Assembly: GCA_965206775.1 (NCBI GenBank)
Contig: CBDBKU010000001.1
Coordinates: forward strand, 462,096 to 526,095
Direction of reading: 5' to 3'
Length of the DNA stretch: 64,000 nucleotides
Source of the DNA: Bryobacterales bacterium
GTDB taxonomy: Bacteria > Acidobacteriota > Terriglobia > Bryobacterales > UBA6623
Shown here: positions 30,200 through 39,493 of the stretch, piece after piece
Layout: each line of letters opens with the position of its first letter
Position numbering within the stretch: the stretch's first letter is position 1
Translations under genes and position numbers: made by a program
Notes under the pieces: generated by a model
The model's database searches: none
Told to the model about the DNA's origin: nothing
The model's input: the letters and a program-made list of their open reading frames with translations, nothing else

Positions 30200-31005
30200 G
30201 CGTCCCTGCCACTCCCGCCCCGCCCCTGGCCGCCGGCCAGCCCCCCCAGCCCGCGCTGCCGGGCGAACTCCCCGCCCTGCTCAAGCGCCTGCATCTGGCC
30301 AACGCCCGTCGCGCCTACCCCGACCTGATCGAGCGCGCCGAGCGCGAGCACTGGTCCTTCCACGAGTTCCTGCTCGCCCTCGCCCGCGAGGAAGTCGCTC
30401 ACCGCGCCGAAACCCGCCTCCAGCGCTGCGTCCGCAAGGCCCGCTTCCCGCTGCTGAAAACCATCGAGGAGTTCGACTTCTCGGTCCAGCCCGCCCTGCA
30501 CCCGACCCTGCTTGGCTCGTGCTTCTCGCCCGAATTCGTCGAGCTCGGCTCCAACCTGATTCTCACCGGCCGCAGCGGGCGCGGCAAGACTCACCTCGCC
30601 ACCGCTATCGCCTACAAGGCCATCCAGAACGGCTTCGAGGCGCTCTTCGCCACCGCCGCCTGCCTCATCGACGATCTCGCCCTCGCCACCCGCCAGGGCC
30701 GCTTCCGCGAAACTCTCAAGGCCTACCTCCAGCCTCACGTCCTGGTCTGCGACGAGCTCGGCTATCTCAGCTACTGCGACGCGGCCGCCAACCTGCTCTT
30801 CCATGTCGTCAACGAACGCCATGTCAAGCGTCGCTCGATCGTCTTCACCACCAACAAGGCTCTTCTCGACTGGGGCGCTGTCCTGCACGACCGCGACCTC
30901 GCTGCCGCGATCATCGACCGCGTCCTCGAACGCGGCCGCATCATCCCGCTCGAGGGCCCCTCGATGCGTACCCGCCACTTGGAGGGACTCGACTATGAAG
31001 CCTGA
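30196..31005 (+). CDS. istB: IS21 IstB helper ATPase
   Basis: 269 aa. Walker A GRSGRGKTHLA, Walker B VLVCDELGYL. 4-bp overlap with the istA stop. Confidence 0.9.
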   Translation: MSVPATPAPPLAAGQPPQPALPGELPALLKRLHLANARRAYPDLIERAEREHWSFHEFLLALAREEVAHRAETRLQRCVRKARFPLLKTIEEFDFSVQPALHPTLLGSCFSPEFVELGSNLILTGRSGRGKTHLATAIAYKAIQNGFEALFATAACLIDDLALATRQGRFRETLKAYLQPHVLVCDELGYLSYCDAAANLLFHVVNERHVKRRSIVFTTNKALLDWGAVLHDRDLAAAIIDRVLERGRIIPLEGPSMRTRHLEGLDYEA

Positions 31006-31310
31006 ACGCCCCCGGCCCCTCGCACGCTCTGTCCTGCTGTCCGGACCGCAGGCTGCTAGCATGACGCTTGTGCGTGCTACCAGCAGGGGATCCTGGCCAG
31101 CCCAGCCGCTTCGTTCCTCTCCTTGGCTCGGACCGGCTCAGGCCCTCCTCGCAGGGCTGCACTCTGACGCCATCACAACCGCCGCTTCCATCCCGGCCCC
31201 GACATCCAAGGAGAGCTTCGTGAATCCCATGCCCAACTCTGCCTCACCGCCTTCCAACCCGCCAGAATTTCCGGAATTCACCCGCCAAAATAAACGGAAC
31301 CCACAACGCT

Positions 31311-31603
31311 AAGTGCGCCTTGGCACTATCGTGAAGCAACCAGCGTCACCCAAGACCATCCAGAACTCAAAGCCGAGGTCCGCGAAGCGTTCATCAAGGT
31401 CCTCAAGCGACTAGGCGGGAAGTTGGAAGCACAGGTCACCCAGGCCGCGCCGAAGGCGAATGCATGTACGGATCCATCGGCTGCCCCGGCCCTTTCCGCC
31501 CGCCTGTTAGAGATTTCCTCTATGGAAGCGCAAGCCCACGGCTACGCTTTCGAGAGGTTTCTCAGAGACATGTTTGACGCGTACGGGTTGCTAGCGCGCG
31601 GCT
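31311..31603 (+). pseudogene. Middle part of the IS21-disrupted defence-type gene (start of Mrr-like nuclease domain), truncated
   Basis: In frame with 25919..26157: ..SAPWHYREA...ARLLEISSMEAQAHGYAFERFLRDMFDAYGLLARG. It is then cut by a solo IS21 terminus at 31604. Confidence 0.6.
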
Positions 31604-31652
31604 TGTGGGTTCCGTTTATTTTGGCGGGTGAATTCCGGAAATTCTGGCGGGT
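31604..31652. repeat. Solo IS21 terminus (inverted copy of the IS21 right end)
   Basis: 49 bp identical to the reverse complement of 31257-31305. No IS body follows. Confidence 0.8.
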
Positions 31653-32122
31653 GGCGGCTGTCGACGATCGTCCGTCTCCTCAGCGACGTTCCATTCGGCT
31701 TCGTGTCAGGCAGAGACTTCGCCCTCGTCGGCTCGGGACGGAACCTGGGTCCCCAGCGCCCCGATGTCATTGGCGAGTGGGAGCTTCCGGGTGGGCGCTC
31801 CCGTGGTGAGACAATCTCACGCTACTTCAATACAGCAGCTTTCACTCTGAACGCCGGACCGGGCAAGGAAGGCCAATTTGGGAACGCGGGTCGGAACATC
31901 ATCACCGGCACGGGCGACGTCGTGACCACACTTGGCATTCAGAAACGTTTTCCGTTGCAGCAGGAAGGTCATGCCATCGAGTTGCGCGGTGAGGTGTACG
32001 ACCTGATGAACCGTCCGAATTTCGGTAATCCGAATGGGAACCTGGTGTCTCCGGCGTTTGGAAGAATTACCCGGGCCGGAGGATCTCGGGTGGTCCAAGT
32101 CGCCCTGCGGCACGACTTCTAG
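31653..32122 (+). pseudogene. TonB-dependent / outer-membrane receptor, C-terminal fragment
   Basis: Within ORF 31628..32122: FGNAGRNIITG...IELRGEVYDLMNRPNFGNPN...GGSRVVQVALRHDF* with a terminal aromatic residue. Everything upstream is missing. Confidence 0.6.
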
Positions 32123-32177
32123 GGACGCCCATGTCATTCACGTAACCTTAGTCAGCGGGGCATCCGGAATCGCGGCT

Positions 32178-33749
32178 ATGAACGGCAACCAACGGAATCC
32201 ACTGGGACTTCTGCGGGCCGCGCTTCTTGTGGCGCTGGCTGGAGCTCTGTCAGTGTCCCTGCACGCGCAGGGAAGGTCATCCCGGGCCAACATCATCTTC
32301 ATCCTGGCGGACGACCTCGGTTACGGGGATCTCAGTTCCTACGGGGCGACGGCAATCCAGACGCCGAACATCGATCGCCTGGCGGAAGAAGGCGTGCTCT
32401 TCACCGACGCTCATAGCCCGTCTTCGGTTTGTACCCCCACTCGATACGGCCTCCTGACAGGTCGCTATTGCTGGCGGACGTGGCTGACGCGAAGCGCCTT
32501 GAGCTCGGATGCGCCGATGTTGATTGAGGAGAACCGGCCGACGGTGGCTTCTGTGCTGCGATCAGCCGGTTACTATACCGCCCACATCGGGAAGTGGCAC
32601 CTGGGATTCGGCCGTGAGGACGACTACGCCAAGAACCGAGAGGGGCAGGGCGAGCCGAATTCTTGGCGGAGCAGGAAAGGCGGTCCCGACTGGAACGGAG
32701 AACTCAAGCCCGGTCCACTCGAGATTGGCTTCGACCACTACTACGGGATCCCCATTGTCAACTCTTACCCGCCATACGTCTTTGTGGAGAATCGTCGTGT
32801 CGTTGGACTGGACCAGGACGACCCAATCGGGCGGATGGAGTCTCGCTACCTGGGGGAGATGCAAGGCGGGAAAGCCGCCCGTTGGAACGATAACGAGCTC
32901 GCGCCAGAACTCACCGCAATAACGGTCTCCCAAGTGGAGAGGCTCGCGAAGCAAGAACAGCCGTTCTTCCTCTACTACGCCCCGCACCAGCCTCATCGAC
33001 CTTTCACCCCGAACGCCCGGTTCAAAGGCGCAAGTCAATTCGGCACATATGGCGATTTCATCGAGGAGCTGGACTGGTCGGTCGGCGAGGTGCTCGACGC
33101 CATGGATCGCGTGGGGTTGGCGGAGAGCACACTGGTGATCTTCTCGAGCGACAATGGCGGGCTGACGGATCCGGCCTCGAGCAATGCCCAACGGGGGGCC
33201 GGCTACGGAGACGGAGCGACGGTGCCTGCAGCGCCCGACGCCAAGCACCAGGCCAATGGGCCAATTCTCCGTGGCGGCAAGGGCGATATTTGGGAAGGCG
33301 GTCACCGGGTTCCCTTCCTTGCTCGCTGGCCTGGAACGATCAAGTCCGGCACACGTTCAGAGGAAACGATTAGCCTGACCGATATGCTGGCTACGTTCGC
33401 CGCTGTGGCCGGCGCGGAATTGATGCCGGAAGCCGGACCTGACAGCTTCAACGTCCTGCCTGCACTGCTTGGACGGAAGCTCGACGATTCGCAACGCCGT
33501 GCAAGGGTCATGCAGAGCGGCGGCATTAGCGGAATGCTCGCGATTCGCGAGGGCCCATGGAAACTGATTGATGGCCAAGGCGGCGGCGGGTATCGCGACG
33601 GGAAAGCCATGCCCGGCGAGCCTCCGCAACTGTACAACCTGAGCCAAGACCTTCGGGAGAAGACGGACGTTTCCGGCCAGCATCCTGAGGTCGCCAACAG
33701 GCTGCGGCAACTGCTGCACAAGATCAAAACGGAAGGACGCAGCCGATGA
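32178..33749 (+). CDS. Sulfatase (arylsulfatase family)
   Basis: ATG 32178 with a signal peptide. NIIFILADDLGYGDLSSYG and the FGly target motif CTPTRYGLLTGRY. Confidence 0.85.
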   Translation: MNGNQRNPLGLLRAALLVALAGALSVSLHAQGRSSRANIIFILADDLGYGDLSSYGATAIQTPNIDRLAEEGVLFTDAHSPSSVCTPTRYGLLTGRYCWRTWLTRSALSSDAPMLIEENRPTVASVLRSAGYYTAHIGKWHLGFGREDDYAKNREGQGEPNSWRSRKGGPDWNGELKPGPLEIGFDHYYGIPIVNSYPPYVFVENRRVVGLDQDDPIGRMESRYLGEMQGGKAARWNDNELAPELTAITVSQVERLAKQEQPFFLYYAPHQPHRPFTPNARFKGASQFGTYGDFIEELDWSVGEVLDAMDRVGLAESTLVIFSSDNGGLTDPASSNAQRGAGYGDGATVPAAPDAKHQANGPILRGGKGDIWEGGHRVPFLARWPGTIKSGTRSEETISLTDMLATFAAVAGAELMPEAGPDSFNVLPALLGRKLDDSQRRARVMQSGGISGMLAIREGPWKLIDGQGGGGYRDGKAMPGEPPQLYNLSQDLREKTDVSGQHPEVANRLRQLLHKIKTEGRSR

Positions 33750-33846
33750 TCCATCGATCCACGCTCCAACAGCCACGGCGCCGGCGGGCTCAGGGCCCGA
33801 ACCAATCGTTGGAAACCCTGGTGCAGCGGCCCTCTAAGGATGACCA

Positions 33847-35850
33847 ATGAATAGCGTTATACGAACTCAGTTGTTGGCCGCGCTCTCGCTCTTGTGCGTC
33901 CTGACTGGATGTGGAGCGGCTCAGGCGGATCGTCCGAATATCGTTTGGATTTCGCTCGAAGATATCACGCCCATGATGGGCGCCTACGGAGACGAGTACG
34001 CTCGCACACCGGTTCTTGACAGCCTTGCCGCGGAGGGTATCCGCTACAACAAGGCCTACGCGGTATCCCCAGTGTGCTCTCCGTCACGGTCGAGCGTGAT
34101 TACAGGGATGTATCCGAATTCGCTGGGAAGCATGCATCACCGGAGCAATACAACACGGCCGGAGTTTTCCAATATGCTCCCAAACCTTCTGCGCGAAGCC
34201 GGCTATTACACAAGCAACAACAGCAAGAGAGACTACAACATGGGAGGCGATGACTGGCACGAGAGCAGCGGTACAGCCCATTGGCGAAATCGATCTAACA
34301 AAGACCAGCCGTTCTTTGCGGTCTTCAATCTCACAGAGTGCCACTCGAGTATCACAAAGATTCCGGAAGACGAAATCGTCGAGCAGCGATTGTCTCGACT
34401 CAAGCCAGATGACTTTCATGACCCGGAAAAGGCTCCCATTCCTCCTTATCACCCCGACGTGCCGCAGTTTCGCAGGGCCTGGGCGCGCTACTACGATGCG
34501 GTCACACAGGTCGACTATCGAGCCGGTGATCTGATTGAGCAGCTCAAGGAAGATGACCTCTGGGAGGACACGATTGTCGTTGTCTGGTCCGATCACGGCG
34601 TGGGCATGCCCCGGGGCAAGCATACGGCCTGGGAACAGGGCCTCCACGTGCCGCTGATCGCACGTTTCCCGAAAAAGTACCAACACCTCGCGCCCGCCGA
34701 CCCGGGCTCGGCGATTGATGGGCTGGTGACATTGATGGATCTCGGCCCTTCCGCGCTGCTTTTGGCGGGCGTTGATCCGCCCGATCACATGGATGGCAGG
34801 CCGCTATTTTCCCAGGGCAAAGGCGATGTTGACTATAGGGACTACGTGTTCGCCACGCGTGACCGGCTCGATACCCGGTCTGAGATGGTACGGACTGTGC
34901 GCGACCAACGATATCGCTACCAGCGAAATTTCCACCCACACCTTCCATTCAAACCATATGAGGACTTTGAGTTTGGTGCGGTAGTGGTTCAGGAGTGGGT
35001 CGAGCTGGCGCGCCAGGGGAAACTCACTGGCTCCCAGGAGATGCTCGCTATGCGGTTCAAGCCGCTCGAGGAACTCTACGACTCGGAGAACGATCCCCAT
35101 ATGGTTACGAACGTGGCCGCCAATCCGGAATACGCGGACGTTCTCGAACGAATGCGGGGCCAGCTCCACGATTGGATGCTGGAAACGCGTGACCTCGGCC
35201 TACTCGACGAGACGGAAATGCTTGAGCGCGCAAGAGGAACAGCGTCGCTATGGGATCTTGGACGCTCGCTGGAAAACTACGAGCGGATTCTCGAGACCGC
35301 AAACCTGCAGATTCAGGGACAGGGGGCGATTCCCGAATTGATTGCCCGGGCCAAGGATCCCGACTCGGCAGTCCGCTTCTGGGCGGTACTCGGCCTGGCC
35401 GTAGCTTGGCAATCCGGTGGACCGGGAACTGTTTCGAGCGCGCAGCCTCCTTTGGAGGCGGCCTTGCGGGATGAGTCAGTCAGCGTGCGCATCACTGCGG
35501 CCGAAGGCCTGTTCAACCTTGGACGCTACGAGAAAGGCCTACCGGTCTTGATCGAAGCGTTGAATGATCCCAGTGTCGATGCTCAGATCCGGGCCGGCTG
35601 CGTCCTCGACTCGCAGCCACCGGAAGCAAACGAGAAGCTACAGCCCGCCATCGAACCCCTGCAACGGACTGTGGAAAGTTTTGAACAACAAATGCGGTTC
35701 GGGTCAATCAACAACCCGTTCAAGCGAGCCCTCAAGGCCATCAGCGGTGAAGAGATTTACTACCGCTGGGGCCCAGGCGCCTCGGGATCACCCATGGGCC
35801 AACCGAAGGCTGGTGGGGGCGACGAAGCCCGGCACGGGAGTAATCGATGA
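33847..35850 (+). CDS. Sulfatase with C-terminal HEAT-like repeats
   Basis: 667 aa. PNIVWISLEDITPMMGAYG and CSPSRSSVITGMY. The C-terminus carries DPDSAVRFWAVLGL and DESVSVRITAAEGL repeats. Confidence 0.8.
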   Translation: MNSVIRTQLLAALSLLCVLTGCGAAQADRPNIVWISLEDITPMMGAYGDEYARTPVLDSLAAEGIRYNKAYAVSPVCSPSRSSVITGMYPNSLGSMHHRSNTTRPEFSNMLPNLLREAGYYTSNNSKRDYNMGGDDWHESSGTAHWRNRSNKDQPFFAVFNLTECHSSITKIPEDEIVEQRLSRLKPDDFHDPEKAPIPPYHPDVPQFRRAWARYYDAVTQVDYRAGDLIEQLKEDDLWEDTIVVVWSDHGVGMPRGKHTAWEQGLHVPLIARFPKKYQHLAPADPGSAIDGLVTLMDLGPSALLLAGVDPPDHMDGRPLFSQGKGDVDYRDYVFATRDRLDTRSEMVRTVRDQRYRYQRNFHPHLPFKPYEDFEFGAVVVQEWVELARQGKLTGSQEMLAMRFKPLEELYDSENDPHMVTNVAANPEYADVLERMRGQLHDWMLETRDLGLLDETEMLERARGTASLWDLGRSLENYERILETANLQIQGQGAIPELIARAKDPDSAVRFWAVLGLAVAWQSGGPGTVSSAQPPLEAALRDESVSVRITAAEGLFNLGRYEKGLPVLIEALNDPSVDAQIRAGCVLDSQPPEANEKLQPAIEPLQRTVESFEQQMRFGSINNPFKRALKAISGEEIYYRWGPGASGSPMGQPKAGGGDEARHGSNR

Positions 35851-37397
35851 GCGGGGCATTTGTAAGCTTCATCCGCGGAGCCGTCGTCGGGCTGGCGTTC
35901 GGAGGAGTGCTGCTGGCACCGGCGTGTGGGCGCAAGGCGGGCTCCGACAAACCCAATATCGTGCTGATCCTCGCCGACGACCTGGGGTACGGCGACCTTA
36001 GCTCTTATGGCGCCACGAAGTTCCGGACTCCAAACATCGACAGCCTCGCCACACAGGGGGTGCTCTTTACCGACGCTCACACGGAAGCCTCGACATGCAC
36101 GCCGACGCGATACGGACTGATGACCGGCCGCTATAGCTGGCGGACCTGGTTGAAGTACAGCGCCCTGAGCACCAGCGCGCCGCTGCTGGTCGAGGAGGAT
36201 CGGATGACGGTGGCCTCTCTGCTCAAGTCCGCGAGTTACTCGACTTCGATTGTGGGCAAGTGGCACCTTGGCTTCGGACGTGAAGAGGGGTTTGAAGACG
36301 ATCGAGGCGACACGCCGCCCAACTACTGGGAGACCCGTGGAAGCGGTCCCAACTGGAACGGCGAACTCAAGCCCGGCCCGTTGGAGGTCGGCTTCGACTA
36401 CTCCTACGTGATTCCCGTGGCCAACAGTTTTCCGCCGTATGTCTTCGTTGAGAATCACCGCGTGGCCGGCCTCCGCAAGGACAGTCCCATCGGAACGCTG
36501 GAATCGAAGAACTTCGGCAATATGGAGGGCGGCGAGGGAGCGCGCTGGAAAGACGACGAACTCATTGACAAGTTTGCCGGCAAACTCTTGTCACAACTGG
36601 AAAGTCTCGCGAAAGAGCAGCAGCCGTTCTTCTTGTACTACGCGCCGACTCAGCCGCACATTGGTTCGCAACCGCAGCCCAACCGTTGGTTGCCGAATGC
36701 CCGTTTCAAAGGGACGAGCCAGGCCGGACCGTACGGAGACGTAATTCAAGAATTGGACTGGTCGGTTGGCGAAGTTCTCAGTGCGTTGGACCGTCTGGGG
36801 CTTAGTGACAACACCCTGGTGATCTTCTCGAGCGACAACGGAGGAGGCGCCACGCACAATTTCAACGGTCACCGGCCGAACGGCCCCATCCTGCGTGGCG
36901 GCAAGGGCGACCTCGTGGAAGGCGGACACCGCGTGCCCTTCCTCGCGCGATGGCCGGGCAAGATCAAGCCGGGCACACGCTCAGCGGAAACGATCTCATT
37001 GACCGACATGCTGGCGACTTTTGCGGCGATCGTTGGCGAGGAGTTGCCGCCTGGTTCCGGGCCGGACAGCTACAACATCTTGCCTGCTCTACTCGGTCTG
37101 AAACTGCCGGATCCCAGTCGCCCCATGGTGATGTTGAGCGGCGGGATTGGGGCGCTCTCGATCCGCTCAGGAAAATGGAAGCTCATCGCCGGGCAAGGGG
37201 ATTGCGGTTATGCGCATTTCCGCAGCGGGAAGCCAATGCCGGAACCCAACCCCGGAGATCCCCCGGCGCAACTGTACAACTTGGAGGAGGACCTCGGGGA
37301 GAGCAACAACCTCTACGATCAACACCCGGAGATCGTGCGGCACCTGCAGGACCTTTTGCAACAGATCAAGGACGACGGACGCAGCGGGCCCGTGTGA
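35847..37397 (+). CDS. Sulfatase (arylsulfatase family)
   Basis: 516 aa. PNIVLILADDLGYGDLSSYG and CTPTRYGLMTGRY. 4-bp overlap with the previous gene. Paralogue of 32178..33749. Confidence 0.85.
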   Translation: MSGAFVSFIRGAVVGLAFGGVLLAPACGRKAGSDKPNIVLILADDLGYGDLSSYGATKFRTPNIDSLATQGVLFTDAHTEASTCTPTRYGLMTGRYSWRTWLKYSALSTSAPLLVEEDRMTVASLLKSASYSTSIVGKWHLGFGREEGFEDDRGDTPPNYWETRGSGPNWNGELKPGPLEVGFDYSYVIPVANSFPPYVFVENHRVAGLRKDSPIGTLESKNFGNMEGGEGARWKDDELIDKFAGKLLSQLESLAKEQQPFFLYYAPTQPHIGSQPQPNRWLPNARFKGTSQAGPYGDVIQELDWSVGEVLSALDRLGLSDNTLVIFSSDNGGGATHNFNGHRPNGPILRGGKGDLVEGGHRVPFLARWPGKIKPGTRSAETISLTDMLATFAAIVGEELPPGSGPDSYNILPALLGLKLPDPSRPMVMLSGGIGALSIRSGKWKLIAGQGDCGYAHFRSGKPMPEPNPGDPPAQLYNLEEDLGESNNLYDQHPEIVRHLQDLLQQIKDDGRSGPV

Positions 37398-37440
37398 GCG
37401 GGTTTTCTGGCAAGAAGAGGATCAATCAGCGAGGCTACAC

Positions 37441-39489
37441 ATGAAACGATTTGCAGCGTCTTGGTTGACAGCGATCTTGCTCCTATGCGCGCCGGCGCAG
37501 TCTCTGGCAGAGATTTGGATCGGCGTTCACTACGAGTATCCTTTCGGCGGCATGATGGCGGACCGACCAGAATGGATTCCCAAGGGCGAAGCGGACTGGC
37601 GTCGTGACCTGGAGATGATCAAGGACACCGGTTTCAACTTGATCCGCATTCGCGTCGGACTGGATTCCGACATAGATGACATTGCGACGCTGCTCGACAT
37701 CTGCCAAGAACTCGACATCAAAGTGGAGTTCGGCAGCGCCATGTTCTACGTGTCCAACGAGTTTGTCACGAAATACCCCGACTCGAAGATGGTCATGGCG
37801 GACGGCGAAAAGATCCCAGAGGACGAGCTGGACTACCGCTGGCCCCGAGCGTGTATTCACCATCCCGAGTTTCGCCGTCAGCGAGACGAGTTCTTCGATC
37901 AGTGCGCGCAGCGATTCAAGGATCATCCCGCCGTCATCGCTTGGGACGTTCACAATGAACCGTCTTTTCGCGACTGCCGTTGTGACCACACGCTAGCTGT
38001 CTTTCGCCGCTCCGTCGAGAAGGAATTCGATGGTGTCGAGCGGTACAACCGCCAGTTCGGCACATCGTTCGCGGCCCTGAATGATGTGGCGCCGCCCACC
38101 GCGCGTTCCGAGAACGTAGAGGCACACCGTCACTGGCGGGCGTTTCTCACCGCGGAGCTCAATCGATATCTCAACGAGCTGCGAGACATTGTCCGGAAAC
38201 ATGTGCCAAAACTGCCAATTACGTATAACCCGACCAATGTGTTTGGTATTAGCCAATCATCGCAGGACTGGTGGAACCTCCAAAGCTACGACCTGATGTC
38301 TGCCAGCCACTACGCTGCTTCGGGGGAAGACACGCAGGGTAAGTCCGTCCAATTGGCGATGATGAAGGCCCTCGGGCCGGAAAAAGATTGGTGGATCGCC
38401 GAATTCCAAGGCGGCCCGTTCATCCTGGGTGACCGCGACACACTCTACAACGGCAAGCAGATGGTGCTGGAACTGAATGCTGCCCTGGCCCACAGCATGA
38501 AAGGCGTCATCTACTATCGCTGGGACCCGCTACTGAACGGTCCGGAGCCCTGGATCAACGCCGTTGTCGGCGTGGACAATTACGATACCGAAAGGCGTCT
38601 GACATTGAAAAAGGGCATCGCCGAGCTACGGGAGTATCGAGATGTCCTCGAGCGAGGGAGGAGCCTCGCTCCCAGCGTCGGCATCTATCTTCGAAGGGAT
38701 CACGCCGTTCACAGCAGCGAAATGGGTCACGACCTCCTACAAGCAATGTACGGAAATTATTCGATGCTCAGCGCACTGGGATATGAAACCGCCGTCGTGT
38801 TGGATGAGTTCGACCCTGCCAACTGCCCCTATGACGCGATGATCTTCCCGTACACGCACATCGACACTGAGCTGGCCGCGGCCATCCGGCAGTACGCCAG
38901 ATCCGGCAAACAAGCCATTGTCGAGATGCCGGTGGAAGATGTCGAAGCCGCCAAGTCGCTTGGCGAGCAGTTCGGAGTGCAGGTCGTCGGCCACGAAAAG
39001 CCGATCTACTGGTTCAATGGCTGGGACCTGCGGGGCACGGGTGAGGAGCCCGGAGCTGAGGAGGGCCGCTACGCCGGATTTGGCGCGCACGAGCGGCTTC
39101 TGCTGGATGCCGCAGGGCAGAAGGTCTTGTTCACTTACGGCCTAGACGGCAAGCCCGCCGTTATTGCTCCCGAGGGATTCGGCGGCAACGTACTGCTCTT
39201 CGGGTTTCCCCTGGGCAGGACGCATGCCACGATGCTGCACGAAGAGCTAAGAAATTTCGTGGGGGAATTCATCGGAGAGAAAGTTCAGCCGGATATCGTC
39301 CTCAAGGGCGTCCCCGACGAATATCGTTCGATGGTCGAGACACGGGTGATCGAGACCGATAACGAGGCGCTGCTGTTTGTCATCAACCGTGGCTTGTATG
39401 ACTATGACCTGGAAGTTGCTGTGAAGGGCTACAGGCCAATCAAAACGAAAGTCGGGATGTACAGCGTCACCAAGGAGCGGCTGAACTGA
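37441..39489 (+). CDS. GH42-like glycoside hydrolase (beta-galactosidase family), secreted
   Basis: ATG 37441 (MKRFAASWLTAILLLCAPAQSLA). DLEMIKDTGFNLIRIRV and HPAVIAWDVHNEPS. The track ORF start at 37147 overlaps the preceding gene and was trimmed. Confidence 0.6.
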   Translation: MKRFAASWLTAILLLCAPAQSLAEIWIGVHYEYPFGGMMADRPEWIPKGEADWRRDLEMIKDTGFNLIRIRVGLDSDIDDIATLLDICQELDIKVEFGSAMFYVSNEFVTKYPDSKMVMADGEKIPEDELDYRWPRACIHHPEFRRQRDEFFDQCAQRFKDHPAVIAWDVHNEPSFRDCRCDHTLAVFRRSVEKEFDGVERYNRQFGTSFAALNDVAPPTARSENVEAHRHWRAFLTAELNRYLNELRDIVRKHVPKLPITYNPTNVFGISQSSQDWWNLQSYDLMSASHYAASGEDTQGKSVQLAMMKALGPEKDWWIAEFQGGPFILGDRDTLYNGKQMVLELNAALAHSMKGVIYYRWDPLLNGPEPWINAVVGVDNYDTERRLTLKKGIAELREYRDVLERGRSLAPSVGIYLRRDHAVHSSEMGHDLLQAMYGNYSMLSALGYETAVVLDEFDPANCPYDAMIFPYTHIDTELAAAIRQYARSGKQAIVEMPVEDVEAAKSLGEQFGVQVVGHEKPIYWFNGWDLRGTGEEPGAEEGRYAGFGAHERLLLDAAGQKVLFTYGLDGKPAVIAPEGFGGNVLLFGFPLGRTHATMLHEELRNFVGEFIGEKVQPDIVLKGVPDEYRSMVETRVIETDNEALLFVINRGLYDYDLEVAVKGYRPIKTKVGMYSVTKERLN

Positions 39490-39493
39490 TACT

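Larger units (their letters stand above)
26158..31305 (+). mobile_element. IS21-family insertion sequence (istA-istB) carrying a nested Tn5-like IS
   Basis: Termini TGTCAGTTCCGGAAAATATGGCGGGT.. (26158) and ..ACCCGCCAAAATAAACGGAACCCACA (31305) form imperfect TG...CA inverted repeats. They are flanked by a 5-bp duplication ACGCT (26153-26157 and 31306-31310). 5148 bp including the nested 2439-bp element. Confidence 0.85.

Noticed and set aside
27118-31062. Long alternative-frame or antisense ORFs inside the IS21/Tn5-like elements: 27118..28527(+), 27188..28312(-), 29048..30142(-), 30007..31062(-), 30030..30998(+).
   Set aside because: Their composition is low-complexity. They overlap the well-supported transposase, istA and istB frames.
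31257-31652. The 49-bp perfect inverted repeats 31257-31305 and 31604-31652 flanking ~300 bp, considered as a MITE or a large regulatory hairpin.
   Set aside because: The left arm is simply the right terminus of the complete IS21 element. The enclosed DNA is the middle of a host gene, so the explanation is a second IS21 end, not an independent element.
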